Assembly: GCF_963921235.1 (NCBI RefSeq)
Contig: NC_086097.1
Location: 194,744,001-194,808,000, forward strand
Direction: 5' to 3'
Source of the DNA: Mobula hypostoma
Taxonomy: Eukaryota
DNA length: 64,000 nt
The notes beneath the pieces are model-generated. The model ran no database searches, was not told where the DNA came from, and saw nothing but the letters and a program-made list of their open reading frames with translations. Every line of letters begins with the position of its first letter. Position 1 is the first letter of the stretch. Positions 50,385-62,721 of this stretch are shown one piece after another. The translations under genes were made by a program, and so were the position numbers.

Positions 50385-52250
50385 AATTTAAAGTCCAAAG
50401 TAAATTTAGTATCAAAGTACATGTCCCTTTAATTGCCAGCTTAATTTCTGTGCAGGCATTCACAGTAAGTACAAAGAAACAGTGGAATCAATAAACACAT
50501 ACACAAGATGGACAAACAACTGCTATGAAAATACAGAAAAAAAACAAACAAAATAGTAATAAATGATCTAAGGCAGGAGGTTAAAGATATCAGTGACACT
50601 CCAGCCAGTTGGTCACCACAAGTTCTCAGCACTCAGCCAGGAACCCCAGTGTGAGTCAGATCCTTTCTATGAATGCTCTCCTGTCAGTCTGAGACTGAAA
50701 TCACAGGGCTGGCAGGGGCTGTGGGAGTTTGTGAAGGTAACTCCATGTTTTGTTGGTCAAAATGAGCATAAAAGGCATTCAGCTCATCTGGGAGTTAGAC
50801 CTTGTTGCCACATACTGTATATCTCTTTATTTATCTTGTAACAAGTGATAGCATTCAAGCCCTGGACAGCTATCCAGCATCCTTCTGTGACTCCATTTTG
50901 GTCCAGATTTGCCACCTCACATGTGAGACAGCTTTCCAGTGCTCTGCTTGGACCTCTTGTATTTTACTTGGGTGTCAGATCTGAATGCCACTGATCTGGC
51001 CCCCAGCTGATTGCGAATTTCTTGGTTCACCCAGAGCTTCTGGTTGAGGAAGACTAAATATTTTGTGGGGACACATTCATCCACAACTGACTTTATAATG
51101 TCTGTGACAGACATTGCGTATTTGTTCAGATCATCTGATGAGTCCTTCTACATAGCCAGTCCACTGACTGTAGCAGTCCCATAGTTGCTTCCCTGCCTCC
51201 CACGACCACCTCTTCATTGTCCTTACTTCTGGAGCATTGTTCTTTAGTCCCTATCTGTATGTAACTAGGAGGACAGCCAAAGATCAGATTTCCCAAAAGT
51301 GTGGTCTCGGGATGGAAGGCTAGGCATTCCTTATGGTGGTATAGCAGTGGTTGAGTGTGTTGTGACCCCAGTGCTGTAGTTGGTGTTGTTGATGATAATT
51401 GAGTAGAGATTTCTTCAAGCAAGCCTGAATAAAGACCCCTGCAATGATTTGAAAGGCTTCGAAGTAGGTTGCTTCTTGTTTGCTAATCATGTCACTCGAT
51501 TTGTTGAGTGCTGCTTGCCAGTATGTAAATTGCAGGGAGTATCATGAAGAACTCTCTTGGTTAGTAGAATGGGTGGCATTTAATCATGAGATTTTCCAGT
51601 TTGGGAGAACAAGAGTGTGACAAGACCTCTTCATCTGAGCACCGTGAAGAATCTATCGTGAAATACAAAGCCTCACCTTTTGCCCTTCGAATCAGCAGTC
51701 CAGTCCGAGAAGCCCTCGAATCTGATGGTCACATCAGGCCTGTCCAATGTGAGCCATTTCTCAATGAAACAGAAAATGCAATCATCCTGCAATTCCCACT
51801 GATACCTCAATCTAACCCTAAGATCCTCTTTTTCTTGGTGTCTAGAGACTGTGCATTTGATAGCAAGATACAGGGTAGAGGAAACTTTACACCCCGCCAT
51901 TTTAGTCTGTCTTGGAGTCCTCCCCTCCTTCCTCCCTCTGGCTTTGATGATGTACCTTCAACACAAAATACTCTGCAGATGCTGGGGTCAAAGCAATACT
52001 CTCAACATGCTAGAGGAAATCAGCAGGTTGGGCAGCATCTGTGGAAACAATCAGTCAACATATCGGGCCGGAACCCTGACGAAGGGTTCCGGCCTGATAC
52101 ATTGACTGATCGTTTTCATGGATGCTGCCCGACCTGCTGAGTTCCTCCAGCGTGTTGACGATGTACCTTCGTCTGCTTGAAGGTGCCGCACCTGAATTCC
52201 TGGGAATTGTGTCCACCAAGCCTTTCAGGATATTGTAAAATTGCTAGCTC
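50385..52250 (-). mobile_element. Decayed, internally deleted Rex1/Babar-type LINE (EN region)
   Basis: LRVRLRYQWELQDDCIFCFIEKWL; VDECVPTK..NQKLWVNQE; LRTCGDQLAGV. Confidence 0.65.
51960..52159. mobile_element. Palindromic mini-Penelope (two inverted termini)
   Basis: Arms 52002-52076 and 52084-52158; TSD gatgtaccttc at 51949-51959 and 52160-52170; homologous to 44520-44650. Confidence 0.85.
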
Positions 52251-53919
52251 GTTAAGACAATTTAAAAGTGTGTTACTTAAAGGGAAAAAAGACAGGCTGC
52301 AGGTTGCAGAGATAGTAGTTCAGAAGAGGGATTGAATCATTAGATCTAAATGTAAACATAAATTGGTGAAACAAAAATAGGTTGTCCAATTTCTAGATAC
52401 CTATGCATTGAAGTTACTTGAACTATTTTAGTATTCTTATTACACACTGAGGAGCTGATATCCTGTTTGATGATGCATCATGAGACAGAAATTACAGATT
52501 TTCATTTAAATTACTTTCTTATTAACAGCTGTTGCAGCCATCCAAGTAATTAATGATATTATATTAATGAAAAAAGGAAGTGTATTTTGTTCCAAGACAC
52601 ATTTAGTGCATCTAACATCTTTTTAAATCTGGAATGTGTTTCTTTTTGTTAATATTTATAAGCTTTGAAAGTGAAATTGCATATTTTTTTTCACTTTTGC
52701 CAGGAAGGACTATCATTCTTTCTGTAGAACTTTACTTTTTAAATACAATGAAGAAAACAATGGATATGTAGTGAGGAGCTTTAGACTTAGAAAAAAGTAA
52801 ATGAGAATTGAAAGTGTGGGAGGAAATTGCAAAAAAAAATCAAAAATGTCACGTATGTCAGTAATGAAACCCTTATTCTCTGCCTTCTAATGAAAATACT
52901 TCCAGGCTTTACATACATTGTCTGAAATCTCAAGGGCATGGATTGTCAATGCTTTCTCATTATGTATAAAGGCCACAGAGAGGGAATGCTTGAAATTAAT
53001 TTTCTGCCTTTTAATGAAAAAGGTATTTATTTTAATTTAAATTACATGTGATGATTGATCAATTGCACATTTATGCAAAGTTCTAAAACAACGGCAGCTG
53101 CCAGCTTGTGCTTGTTTGATTGCACCTTTATCAGACCCAGCTGTGAACTAGTCTATAAGGTAGGGTCTTTGGTTACTCTTGGAGTTCATGTGTGATCTCA
53201 TGCATCAGGAGGGGGATGGGAAGAGGGGGACTAACATCAATATGCCCTCGCACCCTGGCCAAGTTGTAAACACCTCATGCTGTGTGACTCACTGAGTACA
53301 AATGCTCCACCTAACCTGACTGCTAAAGTACACATTTCTTCTTCTCGAGCTGGTGGCTATGAATGCCAAATTGCAAAATACTCCTTCTTAGACCATTACT
53401 ACTTGCTTGGTTCGGCTGTGACTACCCTGTCAGGTTTCATCTCCTGGCTATCTGTAAGTCATAAAAGTTTGGCTATGGAAAATGAGATGGTGGTGTGAGG
53501 AAAGTAAAAGTGTTTGCTTCCACCACCTGCAGCTTGTAAATCAGAATAGATTGTGAAATGAAAAATAAAAGCTGCTTCTGTCTGAGTGGACTATTGAACA
53601 AATGAGCCACCTGGGTGTGTGGATATCCTTGGGTTTGTGGCATGCTGTTGGAAGAGAATTGGCAAGTCATTTTCCTCTAGGCATCATAATATTATCCTTC
53701 AACCATCAGGCTGCTGGACCAGCAAAGATAACATCATTCACTTCATTCACTTCCACTCTGAACTGATTCCAGAACCAATGGACTCACTTTCAAGAAGACT
53801 TCTGTAATTTATGAATGCATGTATCTATTTATTTATTTATTAATTTTTGCAGTTTGTTTTCTTGTTCACATTGACTGTCATTTTTGCTTGTGTATAGCTT
53901 TTCATTAAACCACTAAACT

Positions 53920-55010
53920 TAACTGAAAGCACAACCTAGAAAAAAGAAATTATCAGTACAGAAGAAAAAGTTAACCAACTGAAGAGCATGACCCTCCATG
54001 GAAGACATCCCCAAGATCTGAGCAGACGATGAGGAAGCCCCAAATGCCTGGCTCATATTTGGAGACCTCTTCCCAGAAACAGAAGGGTTCTTTGTGACAG
54101 CATAGGACCAGATGGTTAACAAAACAAAATATCAAAGATACATAATAAAAGACCAACAAATGCAAGATGATAAATGCAGGAGATTCCAAGAGAAACCAGA
54201 AACAATCCAACACATTTTGGGATCCAGCAGCAGTTTAACTCAATTTGACTGCTTACATAGGCTCCATCTAATGGCAAACACCTTTCATCAAAATCTTGTT
54301 ATAAAATATAAAGCTCATAAATGTATCACCACTCTCTGTAAGGAGTTTGTGCATTCTCCTTGTTAAAGTGCGGATTTATTCTCGGTGCTCTGGTTTTCTC
54401 CCAGTCCAAAGACATACCCTGTGATAGGCTAATTGGTCATTGTAAATTGGCCTGTTATTAGGCTAGGATTAAACCGAGTGATTGCTGGGCGGCATGGCTT
54501 GAAATACGCGGTATTTCAATAAATAATAAATAAAAGACTCTATAACTTACTGTGACCCCTAGGCAGATCTAGCTTTAGAGTGAGAGTCCTACAAATTATA
54601 TTAGGACTGATCCATTATTACAGATTGGATAATCCATAATAAGCATTCAGATGTAATATTACAGGATAATCAAGCAAGAACAACCTACTTAACAGACATA
54701 GACATTTGAAGTGCACATAAAATAGAAATCAGTAAGTGAAAAACACTAGAAATATGCTGAATTAAAAGAGGAAATTGAAACACTATGGAACATGAACATT
54801 GTCCCAATAGTAATATCTACAACTGTTATCAACCCAAAGTCACTACACGATAACATTAAAAAATTTAGGTTAACACACCAATATTTATGTAAATCTCCAG
54901 AAAACCACACTACCAAACATGAGTAGAATAGTCTGAAATTCCATAGCTATGTTCCTGCCTCAGGTTTTACTAGCTTGAGCTGAGAAAAAAAAAAAAAATC
55001 AATAATAAAA
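53920..55010 (+). mobile_element. R4/Dong-clade 3' fragment (zinc finger plus restriction-like endonuclease), interrupted by a SINE
   Basis: GDLFPETEGF; DDKCRRFQEKPETIQHILG; A-rich tail ~54985-55010; homologous to 5495-8285. Confidence 0.75.
54330..54535 (+). mobile_element. V-SINE-like fragment
   Basis: ggagtttgtgcattctcc..ggtgctctggttttctcccagtccaaagac..ggctaattggtcattgtaaattg; (aata)n tail. Confidence 0.65.
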
Positions 55011-56777
55011 TATCTTCCCAACAGGTGCGTTCCTCCAGCATTTTGTATATGTTACTCAGGATTTCAAGCATCTTCAGAATCTCTTGTTTCACAGAGAGAA
55101 GCAGTGATTGCTACCACATTGATTGGAAATGGAAGAAAGAGGGGCCAGAAGTCAGAAAATGCTTGCCTACCAAATTCCTTTAGAGCCCAAGCATCAGCTT
55201 AAAAACTGATTCTTCCATTTGAACCAGTGTAGGTGGGGACCTAATTGTTCAGGAGGAATCTGAGCATACTATATGCCTGGCTGTCCATCTGCAGCTGGTT
55301 TTAGATGCTGGTAATGATCTTCTTTGTGAACCTTCAGCAAAGAATACATTGTTCCTCAATTGGGTGTACTTATGACCCTTTTCAGGATAGGCCCTCATAT
55401 TTCCTTTCCACTTCTTCCAGCTACCTTAGCTAACTTGGAGACCTTGATTTTAGCTAACACCTTCCTTTCCCTGGATTGCTTCTAAAGCTCCAATATTTTG
55501 CAGAGGAATGTCTTACAATGGCCAACCTGGAAGTGGTAGTACTGAATCCTCTAGGCTTAATTTGTTCTAATCTTGCCCACCTCCAAAACTGACCCTAAAG
55601 TATTAAACTGCCTCTGATTTGAGATTACACTGAAATTTGAACATTTTAGTCAGATACAGCAGCCAGAGCTTTTATTACACATACACTACATTGGTATATT
55701 AAGGTGGACTGTTTTGAGTAATGAGCTAAGAGCCAATACTACAGAAGAAATAGAGAAAATAAAAAGGTTGTTACCTCAGTTTAACACAGTATTATTTGAT
55801 ACTAACACATACACCCAAAGAAGATAGTTGTTCTTTTCCTGGTGAGATCTCTCAATCTAAAAGGCACATATATTTGCCATTTTTTGTTGTTAAATCCCAG
55901 AAATGCCTTAATAGGCATATTATTCTAAATCTATAGTTTGCATTCATTAGGAAGTAATTCCTGTCCAATTGCTTCTGAATATTTATAATGAGAATACTTT
56001 GGATTCAACACATCACAAAACTTAATATTCCAAAAATCAATAAATGTATTTATTAAACTAAATTCTATCTTTGTCAATCATTAAATGCTAGTCATTTCTT
56101 CATTTATTGATTGTTCTACATAGGCTCAGCTAAATCCAAATTCCAGTCTTCAAAGAAATTGCTTGTGCTTAAGGCTATATATTTTTTATATTCTATAACA
56201 CCAAGAAATGTTCATGTTTTTCTATGCTTCTTTTCACTGACATTTCTTTTCCTGTATAGCAATTTAGATCAAAAACAGGTTAGTTATGCTTGCATATACA
56301 ATTACTTGTCTTGTTGTTTTATTGAACTATATATGTCATATCCTTTATATATGCAATCAGTTTTTATGATTATATGATACTGTATTGAGAGTATCAGGAA
56401 TATTTATCATTTACCATTAGCTGTTTTTAGATTGACAAAGTTTATTAAACATCTATTTAATTACAATTCATAAACTCAGCTATGCTTAATAAAGGGATAT
56501 ATTACTAACTTAATAAAAGCAAGGTGTATACGAGTCAAATATAACCTTTGAGGAGAAGTGAAATCACAACTCCGCAAGTGGCTTGTTAAGATTATACAGA
56601 CTTATTAAAGAGCTGGTAGTTTCAAATAACTTCTTTAAGTTGTTGACTGAATTCTCAAAGCAGCCACAAGTTAGAACCTGGGGATGTCGGAATCTTGGAA
56701 AGCAAGGAACAAGGGATAATCATTGGCTTCTCAAGTTAGAATTCTGTTAATACCACAATACACTTCTTACTTTGACA

Positions 56778-57330
56778 AACACACAAAATGCTTGAGGAAC
56801 TCAACAGGCCGGGCAGCATCTCTGGAAAAAAGTACAGTCAATGTTTTGGGGCGAAACACTTCGGCAGGACTGGAGAAAAAAAGCTGAGGAGAAGATTTGA
56901 AAGGTGGGGGGAGGGGAGAGAGAAAATGCCATACGATAGGTGAAACTTGGAGGGGGAGGGATGAAGCAAAGAGGTAGGAAGTTGATTGGTGAAAGAGACA
57001 GAAGTCCATGGAAGAAAGAAGAAAAGGGGGCGTGGAAAGGAGCACCACAGGGAAGCAATGGGCAGGCAAGGAGATAACAGGAGAGAGGGACAAGGGGATG
57101 GGCAATGGTGAAGCGGGGGGGGGGTGTGTGGAGGCATTACTGAAGTTTGAGAAATCGATGGTCATACCATCAGCTTGAAGGCTACCCAAACGGAATATAA
57201 GGTGTTGTTTCTCAACCTAAGTATGGCCTCATCTCGACAGTGGAGGAGCCCACGGATAGATATATCGGAATGGGAATGGGAAGTGGAATTAAAATGGGTG
57301 GCTACTGGGAGACCCCACTTGTTCTGGCGG
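56778..57330 (-). mobile_element. Penelope 3' fragment with degenerate hammerhead (~56835-56872)
   Basis: LPVATHFNSTSHSHSDISIRGLLHCRDEAILRL; terminus homologous to 44560-44660. Confidence 0.85.
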
Positions 57331-57849
57331 CTCTTACTTTGACAAGCTGGCTTCAGAAATATCCTGGCCAACTAGTACCTCATCCACAAAGTCCTTGTCA
57401 CAAACTTGCAATCATCTGCAATCCTGGACAACCCATCTCATGCATTCACTGCAGCCAATGAATTATTATCCATACCATTACTATTACATCTGATTCCATT
57501 TACAATACAAACTGTTGAGGTACTTTGAGCAAAACTCAGCCTGACCTACATTTGTGGAGATGCATATCTTAATATAATTGATATTGGTATATTTTCATGC
57601 TGCCTTTTATTTAAGCTGAAAAGTTGTCAATATAAATAATTGAATTAAATGGGCTGAGTATAGAAGTGGACATTTCTTATATTCTAAAATATATCTTTTA
57701 AAAGGTAATCCAATCAATTTGATTGCTAAAATAAGGATCTTTCACAGAGCTATCTCAGTGGGTTCCAAGTAATCTCATGATATCACTAAAAAAAAAATGA
57801 TTTTTCTTCATGATTTTTGGACCAATATTTTATTGACATCAATCAAAAA

Positions 57850-60800
57850 ACATAAAACATAGAACATAGAAATCTACAGCACATTACAGGCCCTTCGGCC
57901 CACAGTGTTGTGCCAACCATGTAACTGCCTCTAGAAACTGCCTAGAATTTCCCTACTGCATAGCCCTCTATTTTGCTAAGCTCCATGTATCTATCCTAGA
58001 GTCTCTTAAAAGACCCTGTTGTGTTCACCTCTACAACCTTTGCTGGCAGTGCATTCCATGCACCCACCACTCACTGTGTGGAAAAACTTAGCTCTGACAT
58101 CCCCTTTGTACCTACTTCCAAGCACCTTAAGATTATGCCCCCTTGTGTTAGTCATTTCAACCCTGGGAAAAAGTCTCTGGCTATCCACACGATCAATGCC
58201 CCTCATCATCTTGTACACCTCGACCACCTCTATCTCCTCTGCATTATCTCTATAGTATCCATATCTTTCCTGGCTATCCATATGATCAATGCCTCTCATC
58301 ATCTTATACACCTCTATCACCTCTATCTCCTCTGCCTTATCTCTATGGTATCCACATCCTTCCTGTGACCAGAACTGATACAGTACTCCAAGTGGGGTCT
58401 AACTGAGGTCTTATATAGCTTTAACATTACCTCATGGCTCTTGAAGTCAGTCCTACAGTTGATGAAGGCCAATACACCATACACGTTCTTAACAATAGTG
58501 TCAACCTGTGCAGCAGCTTTGAGTGTCCTATAGACATGGACCCCAAGATCTCTCTGATCCTCCACACTGCCAAGAGTCTTACTATTAATATTATATTCTG
58601 TCTTCAAATTTGACCTACCAAAATGAATCACTTCACACTTATCTGGGTTGAAATCCATCTGCCACCTTTCATTCCAGTTCTGCAGCCTATAGACGTCCCG
58701 CTGTAATCTCTGACAACCATCCAGACAATCCACAACACCTCAACTTTTGTATCATCAGCAAACATATTAACCCACCATTCTTTTTCCTCATCTAAGTCAT
58801 CAATAAAAATCACAAAGAGGAGGGATACAAGAACAGATTCTTGCGCAACACCACTGGTCACTGTCCCCCATGTAGAATACGAACCATCTACAACTACCCT
58901 TTACCTTCTCTGGGCAAGCCAATTCTGGATCCACAAAGCAAGCTCTCCTTGGATCCTATGCCTCCTTACTTCCTGAATGAGCCTCGCATGGGGCACCTTA
59001 TCAAGTGCCTTACTGAAATCCATATACATTACATCCACTGCTTATCCTTCACCAATGTGTTTTGTTACATCCTCAAAGAATTCAGTTAGGCTCATAAGGC
59101 ACAACCTGCCCTTGACAAAGCCATGCTAACTATCCCTAATCAGAGTATGTCTCTCCAAATGCTCCCAAGTCCTGCCTCTTAGGATCTTCTCCAACAACTT
59201 GCCCACCACTGAAGTAAGACTCATTGGTCTATAATTTCCTGGGTTATGTCTACTTCCTTTCTTGAACAAGAATACAAGAATCCTCTGGTACTTCTCTTGT
59301 CCCTATTAGATTAGATTAGATTATGAGGACACGCAGTCCTCTTTTATTGTCATTTAGTAATGCATGCATTAAGAAATGATACAATATTCCTCCGGTGTGA
59401 TATCACAGAAACACAGGACAGACCAAGACTGAAAAACTGACAAAAACCACATAATTATAACATATAGTTACAACAGGTCAAGCAATACCATAACTTGATG
59501 AAGAACAGGCCATGGGCATGGTAAAAAAAGTTCAAAGTCTCTCAAAAGTCCCATATCTCATGCATACGAGAGAAGGAAGAAAACTCTCCCTGCCATGCCC
59601 AACCACAGTCCGACTCTGAGTCGTCCGAAAACTTCGAGCCTCCAACCAGCCCTCCGACACCGAGCACCGAGCACCATCTCTGCCGAGCGCTTCGACCCCA
59701 GCCCCGGCCGCCAGCAGCAGGCAAAGCCGAGGATTTTGGGGCCTTCCCTCCGGAGATTCTCGATTGCACAGTAGTAGCGGCAGCGAACCGGGCATTTCAG
59801 AAGTTTCTCCTGATGTTCTTCCGTGCTTCTCACTGCTGTCTCCATCAAATCAGAATTATGCACGGTGCCCTATTTAACAAATTAATGATACCCTATTATT
59901 GATGCAAAAATCATCATCAGAGGCTTAGCAATCTCCTCCCTCACTTCCCACAGTAGCCTGGGGTATATCTTGTCCAGTCCCAGCGAGTTATCTACATTAA
60001 TACCTTTCAAAAGCTCCAGCACATCCTCTTTCTTAATACCTATATGGCTCAAGCATTTCAGTCTGCTGTAAGCCATCCCCATAATTGCCCAGGTCCTTGT
60101 CACTGGTGAATACTGAGCAAAGTACCTTCGCTACCCCGTCCGACTCTATGCACGTCTCTCCACTATTGCTCCTGACTGGTCCTATTTTCACATGGCTCAT
60201 CCTCTTGTTTTTTACATACTTGTAGAATGCCTTAGGGTTTCCCTTAATCCTGTTTGCCAAGGCCTTCTCATGGCCCCTTCTAGCTCTCCTAGTTTCATTC
60301 TTGAGCTCCTCTTGGCCCTCTCGATCTTTTCTAGCTCTAACAGTACCTAGTTTCTTGAACCTTTCGTAAGCTTTTCTTAACTAGATTTTCGACATCCTTT
60401 GTACACCATGGTTCTTTTACCATACCATCCTTTCCCTGCCACAATGGAACATAACTATGCAGAACACCATGCAAATGTTCCCTGAACATTTGCCACACTT
60501 AAGTCGTGCAGTTCCCTGAGAATATCTGCTCCCAGTTTATGTTCCCAAATTCCTGCCTAATATTTCCCCTGCCCCAATTAAATGTTTTCCCAAATTGTCT
60601 GCTCCTATCCCTCTCCAGCACTATGGCAAGGGAGATAGAATTGAGATCACTACCTCCAAAATGTTCTCCCACCAGGAGATCTGGCACATGACCAGGTTCA
60701 TTTCCCAATACCAGATCAAGTACAGACTCTCCTCTAGTTGACTTGCCTACATATTGTGTCAGGAAACCTTCCTGAACACACCTAGCAAACTCCACCCCAT

Positions 60801-60850
60801 CTAAACCCCATGCTCTAAGCAGATGGCAGACAATATTAGGAAAGATAAAA
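57850..60850 (-). mobile_element. CR1 (EN-RT), interrupted at 59309-59890
   Basis: MFADDTKV, FNPDKCEVIHFG, NPKAFYKYV, LDLVLGNEPG. Confidence 0.9.
59309..59890 (-). mobile_element. Non-autonomous non-coding retroposon, copy 3 (slightly 5'-truncated)
   Basis: (AATCT)n tail; probable TSD ccctatta at 59301-59308 and 59891-59898. Confidence 0.85.
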
Positions 60851-60989
60851 ACATGGTCTTCCTTTACTACATTACTTTTGCCATCATGCAGTTAAGCACA
60901 AAGACTGCCCAAGTCCTTGCTTTTCATTTCAGCTTCATAACAACAAATGTTTGTACAACCTGGACATGAATGCAAAAGATATGTGAGTG

Positions 60990-62480
60990 CACAGATAAGA
61001 TTAAGCTAGGCAACATAGCTGAAGGTGAAGAAGGTAAACTTAGTTACTGAATGATGTAGAACAGTCGGTAGGATGGGCAGAGGAAGAACAGATGGAATTT
61101 AATTTTGAAATGTGAGATGCAACATTAAGGGGGCTAACAGGGGCAATGAATGTCCTTGCGAGTCTTGAGGAACAGAAACATACTAGTTTAAGAATCCGTG
61201 AAGGCAGCAGGCCTTAAGAATGTATATGAGATAATTCTCTTCCTTAGCTAGGGGATAGTATATGTAGCCTCCTGGTAAGCCTCAGGCTCGCTCAGATCGC
61301 TTTCGGCTGTGGGGAGCAGCCTTCAGCCCCATCAAATTGAGTAATCAAGTTTGTGTGGATGCTGTGTGATGTACCCCACACCGCCAATTAACAGACAGCA
61401 CACAATGTATGATTTACAGATTACACTTTATAGATCTTACTGGAACTCTGTAATTCATAGAGATACAATATAAAAGGAAAGTAAAAGGCGCCAAACTTAT
61501 CAAAGCTCAACAACTTCGTGCACAACCATTGGAGCTCAATTAACAGTCTTCTTTCCACCATTCAATCCCCTCTGACCTTCTCTACCCGCTGCCTGAGACC
61601 AACCATGGTGGTCGACCAGAGTGCATCCAGCACGTCCTTCCTCTTCGGTTCTCCTCCAGAAAAGCCCTGGGCCTTGGACTCCCTCTTGTGTCTGATCCTT
61701 GCCCATCTTACAGCATCTCTCTCATCACGTCTCCTCTCTCTGTCCCCATTGCGCCTTCTGCCCAAAGCCCGTGAAAACAATAGCTTACAGACACACAAGA
61801 AAGAATAACATCTATCCCAATTGGTTAGCAAATGAATACAATTCTTATCAGTAATTATAACCCAAACAAGCTGCTACCGTTAACTCAGCAGTTAACATTA
61901 CAGAGAAGCCATTTTATTAGCCTTAGCAGTAACATAAAAGAAGAAATCCCTTACATATATAAGAGAGGGAGGGTATTATACCATATAAAACATTAGTTAG
62001 GACACAGCTGAGTACTATGTGTAATTCTGGTTGCAAAATTAGAGGAAAGATGGGATTGATGTGAAGAGAGTGCGGAGGAGATTCATTAGGATTTTACCTG
62101 GGTTGGAGTGTTTTCAGCTGAAAGACTCGATAGACCTTTTTTTGCCTTAGAGCAGAAAAGGCTGAGAGAGTGCCTGACTCAAGTGTATAAAATTATGAGG
62201 GGCACCAATAAGGTAGACAATAATATTTGCTCTTAGTGTAGGTGTTTATAGCCTAATAGCATGGTATTAAGATAAAGAGTAGAGGATTTAGAATGGATTT
62301 GAGAAACTTTTTTCACCTCAAGGACAGTTGAAAACTAAAATGCACTGTCGCAGAGGCTGATGGAGTCAGGAATTCTCTCAGCATCTAAGAAGTATTTGAA
62401 TGATCAATTAAAACTTTAAAACTTCATGGTTTGGAAGGTCCGGGCTGAGTATTGGTAAGTAGGATTATAACTAGTTTGAG
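60990..62480 (+). mobile_element. Old decayed CR1 hosting a solo LTR
   Basis: CR1-like blocks (cagatggaatttaat, gagtactatgtgtaattctgg, gtgtataaaattatgaggggc). Confidence 0.6.
61263..61955 (-). mobile_element. Solo LTR
   Basis: TGTA...TACA termini; 4-bp TSD TATA at 61259-61262 and 61956-61959; CR1 resumes on both sides; strand tentative. Confidence 0.8.
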
Positions 62481-62721
62481 CCTGATGCTATGGGTTCTGT
62501 AGCTCTATAATTATTTCTTTGGCTGTAAGGGAGTTGCCTCATTGTCTTGGGAAGATATGAGGCATTATGTAAATGGAAGGTCTTTCTTGGAGCATTTCTG
62601 GTCTAAAAAAAATGATTTGTTTCAAAGCTGAAGCAAAAAAAAGCTGAAGCAATCTCCTGTGTATTTGCACAGTAGTGCAGTTTTCTGAGTGTCTAATTGT
62701 AGTTGAAGCTTGACTCATAAT

